A DNA stretch of 64,000 bases from Candidatus Omnitrophota bacterium (GTDB taxonomy: Bacteria; Omnitrophota; Gorgyraeia; Gygaellales; Profunditerraquicolaceae), in the NCBI GenBank assembly GCA_003598025.1, contig QZKH01000002.1:74133-138132 (forward strand). The letters run 5' to 3'. Shown here one piece after another: positions 9,411 through 17,322 of this stretch (the stretch's first letter is position 1; each line of letters starts with the position of its first letter). The notes below the pieces were generated by a model, which saw nothing but the letters and a program-made list of their open reading frames with translations, searched no databases and had not been told where the DNA came from. The translations under genes were made by a program, and so were the position numbers.

Positions 9411-9932
9411 ATGAAAAGGGGCCTTACACTAATAGAAATACTTGTTGCTTCAAGTATCCTGATATTATTAATACTTGCTGTGTTTCAGGTAATGGAAGCA
9501 GGAAGGAGCGCAGTATTTACCGGGGATTTAACAGTGCAATTGCGCCAGGAGATAATCAGAACTTTTATGAGGATGGAAAGGGAGTTAAAAGAGGCACGCC
9601 CCGCGCTGGTGAGTTTAACAAGCGGCAATAGTAGTTCGACTATCACATTCAGTGTCCCTCAGGATATTAATGGCGACGGGACGGTTTTGGATGATTTTGG
9701 CGCTATTGAATGGTCTGCCGTTATTACATATGCTTTAAACGGTTCTAATCAAATAATCAGGACTTCATCCGGTGTTACTAATGTGCTTGCAAACGATATT
9801 GTCAGTTTACAGTTCAGCAGGCCGCTTTCCCCTGTTAATATCTTACAGATTGATATGACGGCGCGCAAGATTTCTTCTTCTGGCAGGCAGTTACAGGACG
9901 CCGGGCAAATGGTAATAGAAATGAGGAATTGA
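9411..9932 (+). CDS. minor pseudopilin (GspJ/PilW-like)
   Basis: MKRGLTLIEILVA prepilin cleavage/methylation motif plus an N-terminal hydrophobic helix. Confidence 0.6.
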   Translation: MKRGLTLIEILVASSILILLILAVFQVMEAGRSAVFTGDLTVQLRQEIIRTFMRMERELKEARPALVSLTSGNSSSTITFSVPQDINGDGTVLDDFGAIEWSAVITYALNGSNQIIRTSSGVTNVLANDIVSLQFSRPLSPVNILQIDMTARKISSSGRQLQDAGQMVIEMRN

Positions 9933-9935
9933 TAA

Positions 9936-11243
9936 ATGCAATATTTCTTCCCAAGGTTAGCAAATAAAAAGGGAGTAGCTTTAATTACTACATTCTTTGC
10001 AATTACCGTGCTGCTTATTTTTTGCGGGCTTTTTGTTATGGTAAGTATAAGCCAAAATATGGCCTCGGATAGGTTCAGAAGGAGAACGCGCGCTTTTTAC
10101 CTGGCTGAATCGGGTTTAGACAGGGCAATTTTTTGGTTAAGGACGCAACCTTCTCCGCCCGTAGGAGACAAGATTGATCCGTGGGGGGGCGCGCAGAATT
10201 TAGGCGAAGGCAGCTATACAGTTTCTATCTTTGACCTGGGCATGGTGGGAGCCAATTCCAGTATCCGAAGGTACAGGGTAAGGTCTTCAGGGTCTTTTGG
10301 GAATATAACCCGCACTTTGACTAATTATGTACAGGTTGATAACTACGCCCGGTATCTCTGGTTTACGGATCGGGAGGTTTATGGAGGAGTAAATGTCTGG
10401 TTTTGGACGCAGGACAGGCTAAACGGCCCAACGCATACCAATTCTCACTTCAATATTTATGGCAATCCTGTTTTTGAAAGCGAGGTCCGCTCCGTAGACG
10501 ACTATATAAGGTTTTATAATAACGGTATTAATGTTAATTTGCAGCAGACTTCCAATTCACCTTATGATGAACCAGTTTTTCTGGAAGGAGTTGACTTCGG
10601 AGTGCAGCCAACAACAATGCCTAACCAGGCTTTAAGCCTGCGCTCAGCGGCAAATAGCAGCGAAGGCATTTATTTAAGCGGCAATACAAAGGTGGTACTA
10701 AACAGCGACGGGACAATGAGTGTCACTAATTCCAAGAAAAAGTGGAAAGACAAAGATATGCCATTACCGGCAAACGGCGCCCTCTTTGTCAATAACGGTT
10801 CTTTGCATGTTTCCGGAACGCTTAATGGAAGGCTTACGGTCGGTTCCAGCAGTGATGTGGTCATCCCGGATAGCATTGTATACGCCGATGACCCAAAGCT
10901 TAACCCCAATTCCGATGATGTCCTCGGGGTTATTTCCGAAAGAGATATAGTTGTAAGTTATGACGCGCCTCACGATCTTGAGATAGACGCTTGCATGATG
11001 TCCCTGGGTACATCTTTTATGATGGAGGATTGGTGGGTAGGCCCGGCTAAAGGCACATTATCTGTTTATGGCGGTATAATTCAGGATGAAAGGGGTCCCG
11101 TCGGGACTTTTAACAGCCTGGCCGGGACAAAAGTAAGCGGGTACTCAAAAGATTATTCTTATGACCCGAGATTGCTGAGCAACCCGCCGCCTTACATGCC
11201 AACAACCGGCGATTATATAACTTTATCCTGGCAGGAGAATTAA
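9936..11243 (+). CDS. large pseudopilin (GspK/PilX-like)
   Basis: N-terminus KKGVALITTFFAITVLLIF resembles the GspK signature (GVAL...). 435 aa, largely beta-type sequence. Confidence 0.45.
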   Translation: MQYFFPRLANKKGVALITTFFAITVLLIFCGLFVMVSISQNMASDRFRRRTRAFYLAESGLDRAIFWLRTQPSPPVGDKIDPWGGAQNLGEGSYTVSIFDLGMVGANSSIRRYRVRSSGSFGNITRTLTNYVQVDNYARYLWFTDREVYGGVNVWFWTQDRLNGPTHTNSHFNIYGNPVFESEVRSVDDYIRFYNNGINVNLQQTSNSPYDEPVFLEGVDFGVQPTTMPNQALSLRSAANSSEGIYLSGNTKVVLNSDGTMSVTNSKKKWKDKDMPLPANGALFVNNGSLHVSGTLNGRLTVGSSSDVVIPDSIVYADDPKLNPNSDDVLGVISERDIVVSYDAPHDLEIDACMMSLGTSFMMEDWWVGPAKGTLSVYGGIIQDERGPVGTFNSLAGTKVSGYSKDYSYDPRLLSNPPPYMPTTGDYITLSWQEN

Positions 11244-11246
11244 TAT

Positions 11247-11690
11247 ATGAAGCCAAAGACAATATATATTATTACTGCAGCTTTAGCAGCGGTTGTCTTT
11301 TCGCTGACTATGTCCATAAGTTTTAAGGATGATAATAAACAGCCTACATTGATGAAAAGGCAAGCCCGTGTCCATAGAACTGAATTTCCCGGTCCTTCAT
11401 TTACAAGTCAGCAGTCTTATAGCGGGTTTACCTCGGTGCCCGGTATTACCGTTGTAAAACCTCCGAAAAAGAAAGAGCCTGTTGAGTCAGTAATAAATAA
11501 TGAACCTTTATCGGATAAGCAAGATATCATTGATAAACAAAGCGTGGATGTTTCCCAAAAAGAGCCTTCCGGATCCCCGGACGAAAATAACGAAGAAGAT
11601 AATAGCACCTCAGGTATTACCGAGCTAAATAAGCGCCCCCCGGAAAAAGAAGCCCGCGAAATGAATCAACATGGGATTATGATGTGGTAA
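11247..11690 (+). CDS. hypothetical membrane-anchored or secreted low-complexity protein
   Basis: N-terminal hydrophobic segment followed by a Pro/Glu/Ser-rich tail. No motif. Confidence 0.3.
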   Translation: MKPKTIYIITAALAAVVFSLTMSISFKDDNKQPTLMKRQARVHRTEFPGPSFTSQQSYSGFTSVPGITVVKPPKKKEPVESVINNEPLSDKQDIIDKQSVDVSQKEPSGSPDENNEEDNSTSGITELNKRPPEKEAREMNQHGIMMW

Positions 11691-11742
11691 TTCTGCTACG
11701 CCCTAAGTAGGCTCAAGTAGGTAGGGCTTCGCAGCAATATAA

Positions 11743-11825
11743 TGCCGAGAGAGGGAGTTGAACCCTCACGAGGTTGCCCTCACCAGTTTTTGAGACTGGC
11801 GTGTATGCCATTCCACCACCTCGGC
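11743..11825 (-). tRNA. tRNA-Leu (anticodon CAA), class II with a long variable arm
   Basis: The reverse complement folds as a cloverleaf. Acceptor is GCCGAGG/CTCTCGGC. The anticodon stem CCAGT/ACTGG carries loop CTCAAAA. There is a long variable arm, a GAGGG-TTCAACT-CCCTC T-arm and discriminator A. Confidence 0.8.
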
Positions 11826-11946
11826 ATAAGTAGATTTGTTTTGAGGTAAGAATATTTACCAGGAAATGCTAGCTACGGCATTTGCTGATTTGCCTTACTT
11901 TTAGCTACAGCAAATCAATCCTGGGGCCTTTTAGCCCGAAGGATTT

Positions 11947-12270
11947 GGACCGTTTTACGCTCGTTTAGTGCCACTTCAAATTTTCCTTGTCGGAAAATAG
12001 TTATGTGGTGGCGCCGCACTCGCTGCCTCACTTGTCGCTCGGCTACGCTCGTTGCGGCATCCACCAATTTTTTCCTTACCGGAAAATTAAAATCCAAGGC
12101 ACTGAACTCGCTACGGTCCTTGTCGGACCGTTTTACGCTCGTTTAGTGCCACTTCAAATTTTCCTTGTCGGAAAATTAAAATCCAAGGCACTGAACTCAC
12201 TACGGTCCTTGTCGGACCGTTTTACGCTCGTTTAGTGCCACTTCAAATTTTCCTTGTCGGAAAATTTGAA
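11947..12270. repeat. 89-bp tandem repeat of about 3.6 units, each carrying two perfect hairpins that share a CCTTGTCGG core; it fills the spacer between tRNA-Ala and tRNA-Leu
   Basis: Units begin at 11947, about 12036 (diverged), 12125 and 12214. They contain GGTCC-TTGTC-GGACC and TTTTCC-TTGTC-GGAAAA hairpins. The last unit abuts the tRNA-Ala 3-prime end. Confidence 0.8.
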
Positions 12271-12271
12271 G

Positions 12272-12344
<73 letters not shown>

Positions 12345-12408
12345 ATTATTATATTTTGCGTTCGTCCCGAGCTACCTTCTCTTGTCTTATGTACCGAGGA
12401 GCAGCCCC

Positions 12409-12522
12409 ATATTTAAAATTTAAAGCTCAGTATACACTCCCAGTCCCGACGCTCATTTGCATTCGGTCGGGATGCCGACTTCACGTATTTTGTGAACGTC
12501 GGCACTGAGCTACAGCCCCATA
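12409..12522 (-). other. structured leader or pseudo-tRNA element upstream of tRNA-Ala that duplicates the tRNA-Ala 5-prime end
   Basis: CTGAGCTACAGCCCCAT (12506-12522) exactly repeats the tRNA 5-prime end at 12330-12346, and a third partial copy, GCAGCCCCATAT, lies at 12409-12420. A long-range AGCTCAGT/ACTGAGCT stem encloses two hairpins. Confidence 0.4.
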
Positions 12523-12544
12523 TTGGCTTAAATTTAGTGTATTA

Positions 12545-12573
12545 AATATAACATTCGGCTATAGCATTGTCAA
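12545..12573 (-). promoter_or_regulatory. sigma70-like promoter driving the minus-strand leader, tRNA-Ala, repeats and tRNA-Leu unit
   Basis: On the minus strand there is TTGACA (-35), a 17-bp spacer and TATATT (-10). It lies 18 bp downstream, in the minus sense, of the left heptamer array. Confidence 0.5.
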
Positions 12574-12594
12574 TACCTTCTGGCTGCCAAACAA

Positions 12595-12690
12595 GTTCAT
12601 GGTTGATAGTTCAAGGTTCATGGACTATGTTAGCGCTTATAGCTATTAAGATTATCTATGAACTATGAACCATGAACAATGAACTATAAA
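12595..12690. repeat. inverted pair of heptamer arrays (GTTCATG GTTGATA GTTCAAG GTTCATG ... CTATGAA CTATGAA CCATGAA CAATGAA CTATAAA) serving divergent promoters
   Basis: Read directly in the sequence. Left array 12595-12622, right array 12656-12690, with a 33-bp spacer. Confidence 0.85.
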
Positions 12691-12701
12691 CCAAGTAGCC
12701 C

Positions 12702-12730
12702 TTGACGCTCCTTACCCCCTGGGGTATAAT
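12702..12730 (+). promoter_or_regulatory. sigma70-like promoter for nfo
   Basis: TTGACG (12702-12707), a 17-bp spacer and TATAAT (12725-12730). The heptamer array ends 11 bp upstream of the -35 box. Confidence 0.6.
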
Positions 12731-12740
12731 GGGTGAAATT

Positions 12741-13583
12741 ATGATATTAGGGGTCCATGTTTCTGCAGCAGGCAATATTTATGATTCGCTTGAGCGTGCC
12801 TATGGGTTAGGCTGTAATACTATGCAGATATTTTCGCGCAATCCTCAAAGATGGCGCGATAATTTTTTAGGGGAGCACGATTTCGATGAATTTCGTAAGG
12901 CTAAGCAAAAATTTAAAATAAACCCCGTCTTTATCCATATACCTTATTTGATAAACCTGGCTTCTCCTGAGCCGGGGCTTTACCGGGCTTCAATCCGCGC
13001 ATATATTGAAGATATTGTTGAAGCAGATAAACTAGGCGCTGATTTTATCGTAACGCATATGGGCAGCCATAAGAAAACATCTGAAAGCCTCGGGATTAAA
13101 AGATTGACGGCTGCCCTGAATAAAATTGCCTTAGCAACAAAAGATTCCAAAGTCGGGATCCTGCTTGAAAATACATCCGGTTCCGGAAGCTGGCTGGGTT
13201 ATGATTTTACGCACCACAAGCGGGTTTTTGATAATTTGAAGGACAGGCAGCGTTTCGGCATATGCCTTGATACCGCCCATGCTTTTTCTGCGGGATATGA
13301 TATATCGAACAAGCCGGGGCTGGATGCGATGCTTGGGGAAATAGACAGGCTGGTTGGTTTAGGTTTGATCAGGTTGATACATCTGAATGACTCAGCTTCA
13401 AGACTTGGGCAGCACTTTGATAAGCACCAGCATATAGGGAAAGGCTATATCGGCATCCCGGGTATGAAAAATATCATTAACCATAAAGGGCTTAAAGATA
13501 AGCCCTTTATATTAGAAACCCCCAAAGAGTATCAATCTTCCGATATTGATAACTTGGAAACAGTGAGGAAACTGAGAAAATGA
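12741..13583 (+). CDS. nfo: endonuclease IV (AP endonuclease family 2, xylose-isomerase-like TIM barrel)
   Basis: N-terminus MILGVHVSAAG, with metal-ligand His/Asp/Glu blocks (HIPYLINL, HMGSH, HLND). The ORF-track start at 12702 lies inside the promoter, so I use the ATG at 12741. Confidence 0.85.
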   Translation: MILGVHVSAAGNIYDSLERAYGLGCNTMQIFSRNPQRWRDNFLGEHDFDEFRKAKQKFKINPVFIHIPYLINLASPEPGLYRASIRAYIEDIVEADKLGADFIVTHMGSHKKTSESLGIKRLTAALNKIALATKDSKVGILLENTSGSGSWLGYDFTHHKRVFDNLKDRQRFGICLDTAHAFSAGYDISNKPGLDAMLGEIDRLVGLGLIRLIHLNDSASRLGQHFDKHQHIGKGYIGIPGMKNIINHKGLKDKPFILETPKEYQSSDIDNLETVRKLRK

Positions 13584-13987
13584 ACAATGAAAAAAAATTT
13601 AAGATCATGATTGTAGACGATGAGCCTGATGTTATTGAATCCTTGAGTTCCAGGATCGCCAGGGAAGGATACGATGTTTCTTCTGCTTATGACGGACAGG
13701 AGGCATTAGATAAAATGGTAAATGACCTGCCCGATATAGTGCTGTTAGACCTGATGATGCCTAAGCTCAACGGCTTTGACGTGCTTAAGGAGATACGAAA
13801 AAAATATAAAGATAAATGGATACCGGTAATAATCGTGAGTGCCAAGACAGAGCTTGAATCGGTAAAACAATGCTACTCGCTTGAGGCAGACCATTATTTG
13901 ACAAAACCATGTACAATTGAAAAAATATTGCAGGGCATAGAGACGATGATCTCATTGATACCGCTAAGAAGGAACGATAACAAGTAA
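13580..13987 (+). CDS. stand-alone response-regulator receiver (CheY-like) protein
   Basis: DD...D phospho-acceptor pocket (IVDDEPD, LLDLMMP) and a conserved K. There is no output domain. Confidence 0.75.
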   Translation: MNNEKKFKIMIVDDEPDVIESLSSRIAREGYDVSSAYDGQEALDKMVNDLPDIVLLDLMMPKLNGFDVLKEIRKKYKDKWIPVIIVSAKTELESVKQCYSLEADHYLTKPCTIEKILQGIETMISLIPLRRNDNK

Positions 13988-13988
13988 T

Positions 13989-16406
13989 ATGGAATATGAT
14001 TTTAAGGAAATAGAGAAGAAGTGGCAGGGATATTGGGATAAGAGCGGTCTATACCGCGCTGAATATTCTCCGGGCAATAAGAAATATTATTTGCTTGAGA
14101 TGTTCCCTTATCCTTCGGGCAAGATACATATGGGCCATGTAAGGAATTATGCCATTGCCGACGTTGCCGCAAGGTTTAAGTTGATGCAGGGTTATAATGT
14201 CCTGCATCCGATGGGTTTTGACGCTTTTGGCCAGCCTGCAGAAAACGCTGCAATCAAGAACAAAACCAAGCCCGATGCCTGGACCCATAAATGCATAGAC
14301 TGGATGCGCGTTGAGCTTAAGAAGATGGGTTTTTCTTATGATTGGGCAAGGGAGGTATCTACCTGCGACAGCACTTATTATAAGTGGAACCAATGGATAT
14401 TCCTTAAAATGTTTGAGAAGGGCCTTGCTTACAAGAAAGCCTCGAATGTAAACTGGTGCCCGAACTGCGAAACCACACTTGCTAATGAAGAAGTGATAAG
14501 TGAAGAGTGCTGGAGATGCCATAGCAAAGTTGAGCAGCGTAAACTTGACCAGTGGTTTTTAAAGATCACCGGATATAAAGAACGGCTGCTTGAAGATCTG
14601 GGAAAGCTTAAAAATTGGCCGGAGCGCGTTATTGCAATGCAGTCTAACTGGATCGGCAGGAGCCAGGGCGTGGAGATTTATTTTAAAATTAAAGGCAATG
14701 ATGATATCACGATACCGGTTTTTACCACCCGTGTAGATACTATATTCGGCGCCAGCTACGTAGTTTTAGCACCGGAGCATCCTTTGGTCGAGGATATTAT
14801 AAAAGGCATAGCACATGAGCCAGAGATCAGGAAGTTTATCAATAAGGTAAAGAAAGAAAAAAAGAACATACTCTCCAAAGAAGATGTTAAAAAAGAGGGT
14901 ATTTTCAGCGGCCGTTATTGTATCAACCCGGTGAATAATGAAACTATCCCTGTTTGGATCGGTGATTATGTTTTAATGGAGTATGGCACAGGCGCGATTA
15001 TGGCAGTGCCGGCTCATGACCAGAGGGATTTTCTTTTTGCTAAAGAACATGGGTTACCTATGAGAATAGTTATAAACAGTCCACAGTCCACAGTCCACAG
15101 TCCACAGGAATTGACTGAAGCGTATGAGGGGGATGGTTTCCAGGTTAATTCTGGGCAATTTGATGGATTGGATAACCAAAAGGCAAAGTCCGAGATTGCA
15201 AAGTGGATGGAGGCAAAAGGGATAGGCAAAATCCAGACACACTGGAGGCTGCGCGATTGGCTTATATCAAGACAGCGATATTGGGGTACACCTATACCGG
15301 TTATATATTGTGAAAAATGCGGGATCGTGCCTGTCCCATATCATGACCTGCCTGTTGAATTGCCGGCTGATGCCCCTTTTACCGGTGAGGGTGGCAGCCC
15401 CTTGGCAAAAGTGAAAAAATTTGTAAATGTCAAATGCCCTAAATGCAATGGCTCTGCCAGGCGCGAAACAGATACCATGGCTACTTTTTTTGACTCGTCG
15501 TGGTATTTCCTGAGATTCTGTTCCCCTTCTTTTAATGAGGCGCCTTTTGATAAGCAGGAGGCTAGATATTGGATGCCAGTTGACCAGTATATCGGGGGAA
15601 TAGAGCACGCTATTTTACATTTACTCTATTCACGCTTTTTTACTAAATTTTTCAAAGACCTGGGGATGGTGGAATTTGACGAGCCGTTTACATGCCTGCT
15701 TACACAGGGGATGGTCCTTAAAGAAGGCGAAGTAATGTCAAAGTCAAAAGGTAATATAGTTGACCCAGATTCGATTATAAAGAAATACGGTGCAGATGCC
15801 CTGCGGCTTTTTATACTTTTTGCCGCGCCTCCGGAAACTGAACTGGAGTGGGATGACAGGGGGATTGAGGGAGCATCCAAGTTCTTAAACAGGGTATGGC
15901 GCCTGCAGGATAACCTAAGGGATGGCCCGGCAGATAAATCAGGAGGGCTGGCCACCGCAAAAATACTGCATAAAACAGTTAAGAAAGTAACTGATGATAT
16001 AAATCAGTTTAAATTTAATACCGCGATTGCCAGTTTAATGGAGCTGACAAATGTTTTATATCAGTCCGGGGCAGATAAAGAGGATTATTCTACGTTAGTT
16101 GTGTTGCTGGCCCCGATAGCCCCGCATTTTGCAGAGCAAATTTGGGAGAATTTAGGGAACAAAGAATCTGTATTTAAGGCAAAATGGCCGCAGTATAACC
16201 CGGATTATCTTTTTGATTCTGTTGTTGATATAGTAGTCCAGGTAAATGGTAAGCTGCGCTCTAAGCTCGCAGTCCCGTTTGATGTTAGAGAAGAAGAGTT
16301 AAAAGAATTAGTCTTGCGTGATCAGAAGGTACAACCCTGGATTAGCGGTAAGAATATCAGAAGTTTTATATTCGTGCCCAACAAACTTGTCAACATCGTA
16401 GTCTGA
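13989..16406 (+). CDS. leuS: leucyl-tRNA synthetase
   Basis: HMGH motif ([12 protein letters not shown]) and KMSKS motif (VMSKSKGN). 805 aa with a LeuRS-type CP1/editing insertion. Confidence 0.95.
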   Translation: MEYDFKEIEKKWQGYWDKSGLYRAEYSPGNKKYYLLEMFPYPSGKIHMGHVRNYAIADVAARFKLMQGYNVLHPMGFDAFGQPAENAAIKNKTKPDAWTHKCIDWMRVELKKMGFSYDWAREVSTCDSTYYKWNQWIFLKMFEKGLAYKKASNVNWCPNCETTLANEEVISEECWRCHSKVEQRKLDQWFLKITGYKERLLEDLGKLKNWPERVIAMQSNWIGRSQGVEIYFKIKGNDDITIPVFTTRVDTIFGASYVVLAPEHPLVEDIIKGIAHEPEIRKFINKVKKEKKNILSKEDVKKEGIFSGRYCINPVNNETIPVWIGDYVLMEYGTGAIMAVPAHDQRDFLFAKEHGLPMRIVINSPQSTVHSPQELTEAYEGDGFQVNSGQFDGLDNQKAKSEIAKWMEAKGIGKIQTHWRLRDWLISRQRYWGTPIPVIYCEKCGIVPVPYHDLPVELPADAPFTGEGGSPLAKVKKFVNVKCPKCNGSARRETDTMATFFDSSWYFLRFCSPSFNEAPFDKQEARYWMPVDQYIGGIEHAILHLLYSRFFTKFFKDLGMVEFDEPFTCLLTQGMVLKEGEVMSKSKGNIVDPDSIIKKYGADALRLFILFAAPPETELEWDDRGIEGASKFLNRVWRLQDNLRDGPADKSGGLATAKILHKTVKKVTDDINQFKFNTAIASLMELTNVLYQSGADKEDYSTLVVLLAPIAPHFAEQIWENLGNKESVFKAKWPQYNPDYLFDSVVDIVVQVNGKLRSKLAVPFDVREEELKELVLRDQKVQPWISGKNIRSFIFVPNKLVNIVV
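15077..15107. repeat. 7-nt tandem repeat (CAGTCCA, 4.4 copies) inside the leuS coding sequence
   Basis: Read directly in the sequence. It encodes [10 protein letters not shown] in a variable loop of LeuRS. Confidence 0.85.
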
Positions 16407-16407
16407 T

Positions 16408-16789
16408 TTACCCCTGCCTGTTTTTCAATATATCCTTGATAATAAAGATCAATTTATTATAATCCAACGGTTTTTCGCAATATTCAGCAATCCCGCTTTT
16501 TGCCGCAATATGTTTGTCAATATCCTCTTTTTTCAGTGAAATCGCAATAATCGGTATATCCGTAAGTTTGGGTTCGGCTTTTATGTCTTTTGCAATCCTG
16601 AATCCGCTTTGGTCGGGAAGCATAAGGTCCAACAGAATTATATCAGGCTTGATTCCTCTGACCTTACCCAAGGCTTCTTCGCCGTTACCACATGTAAAAA
16701 CTTCAAACCCTTCGGGTTTAAGAAGGTCCGTTATCTCGCGCACGGTGTTATTGTCGTCGTCGATTACAAGGATCCTGGGGGTGTCCATA
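16408..16789 (-). CDS. stand-alone response-regulator receiver (CheY-like) protein
   Basis: MDTPRILVIDDD...ILLDLMLPDQSGF...K. The ORF-track extension to 16845 runs into the heptamer array, so the likely start is the Met at 16789. Confidence 0.7.
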
Positions 16790-16839
16790 TAAATAATTAT
16801 ACCTAAAATATCTGGCGAATGCAAAGAAAAGGATATTTG

Positions 16840-16936
16840 GTTCATAGTTCATAGATCATGGTTCATAGATAATTTATGCTGACGCTTACATTTATCCATG
16901 CTAAGACAACCAACCATGAACCATGCTCTATGAACC
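16840..16936. repeat. inverted pair of heptamer arrays (GTTCATA GTTCATA GATCATG GTTCATA ... CCATGAA CCATGCT CTATGAA) in the divergent intergenic region between the receiver gene and comEA
   Basis: Read directly in the sequence. Arrays at 16840-16867 and 16915-16936. Confidence 0.85.
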
Positions 16937-16989
16937 AATCCCTGTTAGAAATAACATCTGTATGCGTCTTATATCAGGAGGGCAAAAAT

Positions 16990-17322
16990 GTGCTTTTCTT
17001 AACCAAAGATGAAAAAAAGGCAATAATATTTATTGCGGCGCTTATCTTTATTGGGATCAGCAGTAAAATTTTATTAAAGAAGTGCCAAAAAATGGAAAGA
17101 ATGTATTTTGTTTCTTCCGACGAGTTCAAGCTGGACATAAATAAAGCCAAGTATGAAGATTTATTGGGCATCAAAGGCATAGGGCCTTCTTTGGCTGATA
17201 GGATAATTGAATACAGGAATTTGCAGGGGGGATTTAAAAATATAGAGGAATTAAAAAATATCCATGGTGTCGGAGAAAATAAATTCTGCAGGCTGAAGGA
17301 TTTCTTGAAAGCCGATCAATGA
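16990..17322 (+). CDS. comEA: ComEA-like helix-hairpin-helix DNA-binding competence protein
   Basis: C-terminal tandem HhH (LLGIKGIGPSLADRIIEYR...LKNIHGVGENKF) and an N-terminal TM helix. A GTG at 16990 follows AGGAGG, whereas the upstream ATGs fall in the repeat region. Confidence 0.65.
   Translation: MLFLTKDEKKAIIFIAALIFIGISSKILLKKCQKMERMYFVSSDEFKLDINKAKYEDLLGIKGIGPSLADRIIEYRNLQGGFKNIEELKNIHGVGENKFCRLKDFLKADQ

Noticed and set aside
11947-12270. CRISPR array
   Set aside because: The segments between repeat cores are themselves identical, so this is a tandem repeat rather than repeats with unique spacers. There are no cas genes in the window.
16876-16989. N-terminal extension of comEA (MLTLTFIHAKTTNHEPCSMNQSLL...) and of the receiver gene (MNQISFSLHSPDILGIIIY)
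   Set aside because: Both extensions are encoded by the heptamer arrays themselves. Downstream starts with RBS-like context (GTG 16990 after AGGAGG, and the ATG at 16789) are more plausible.
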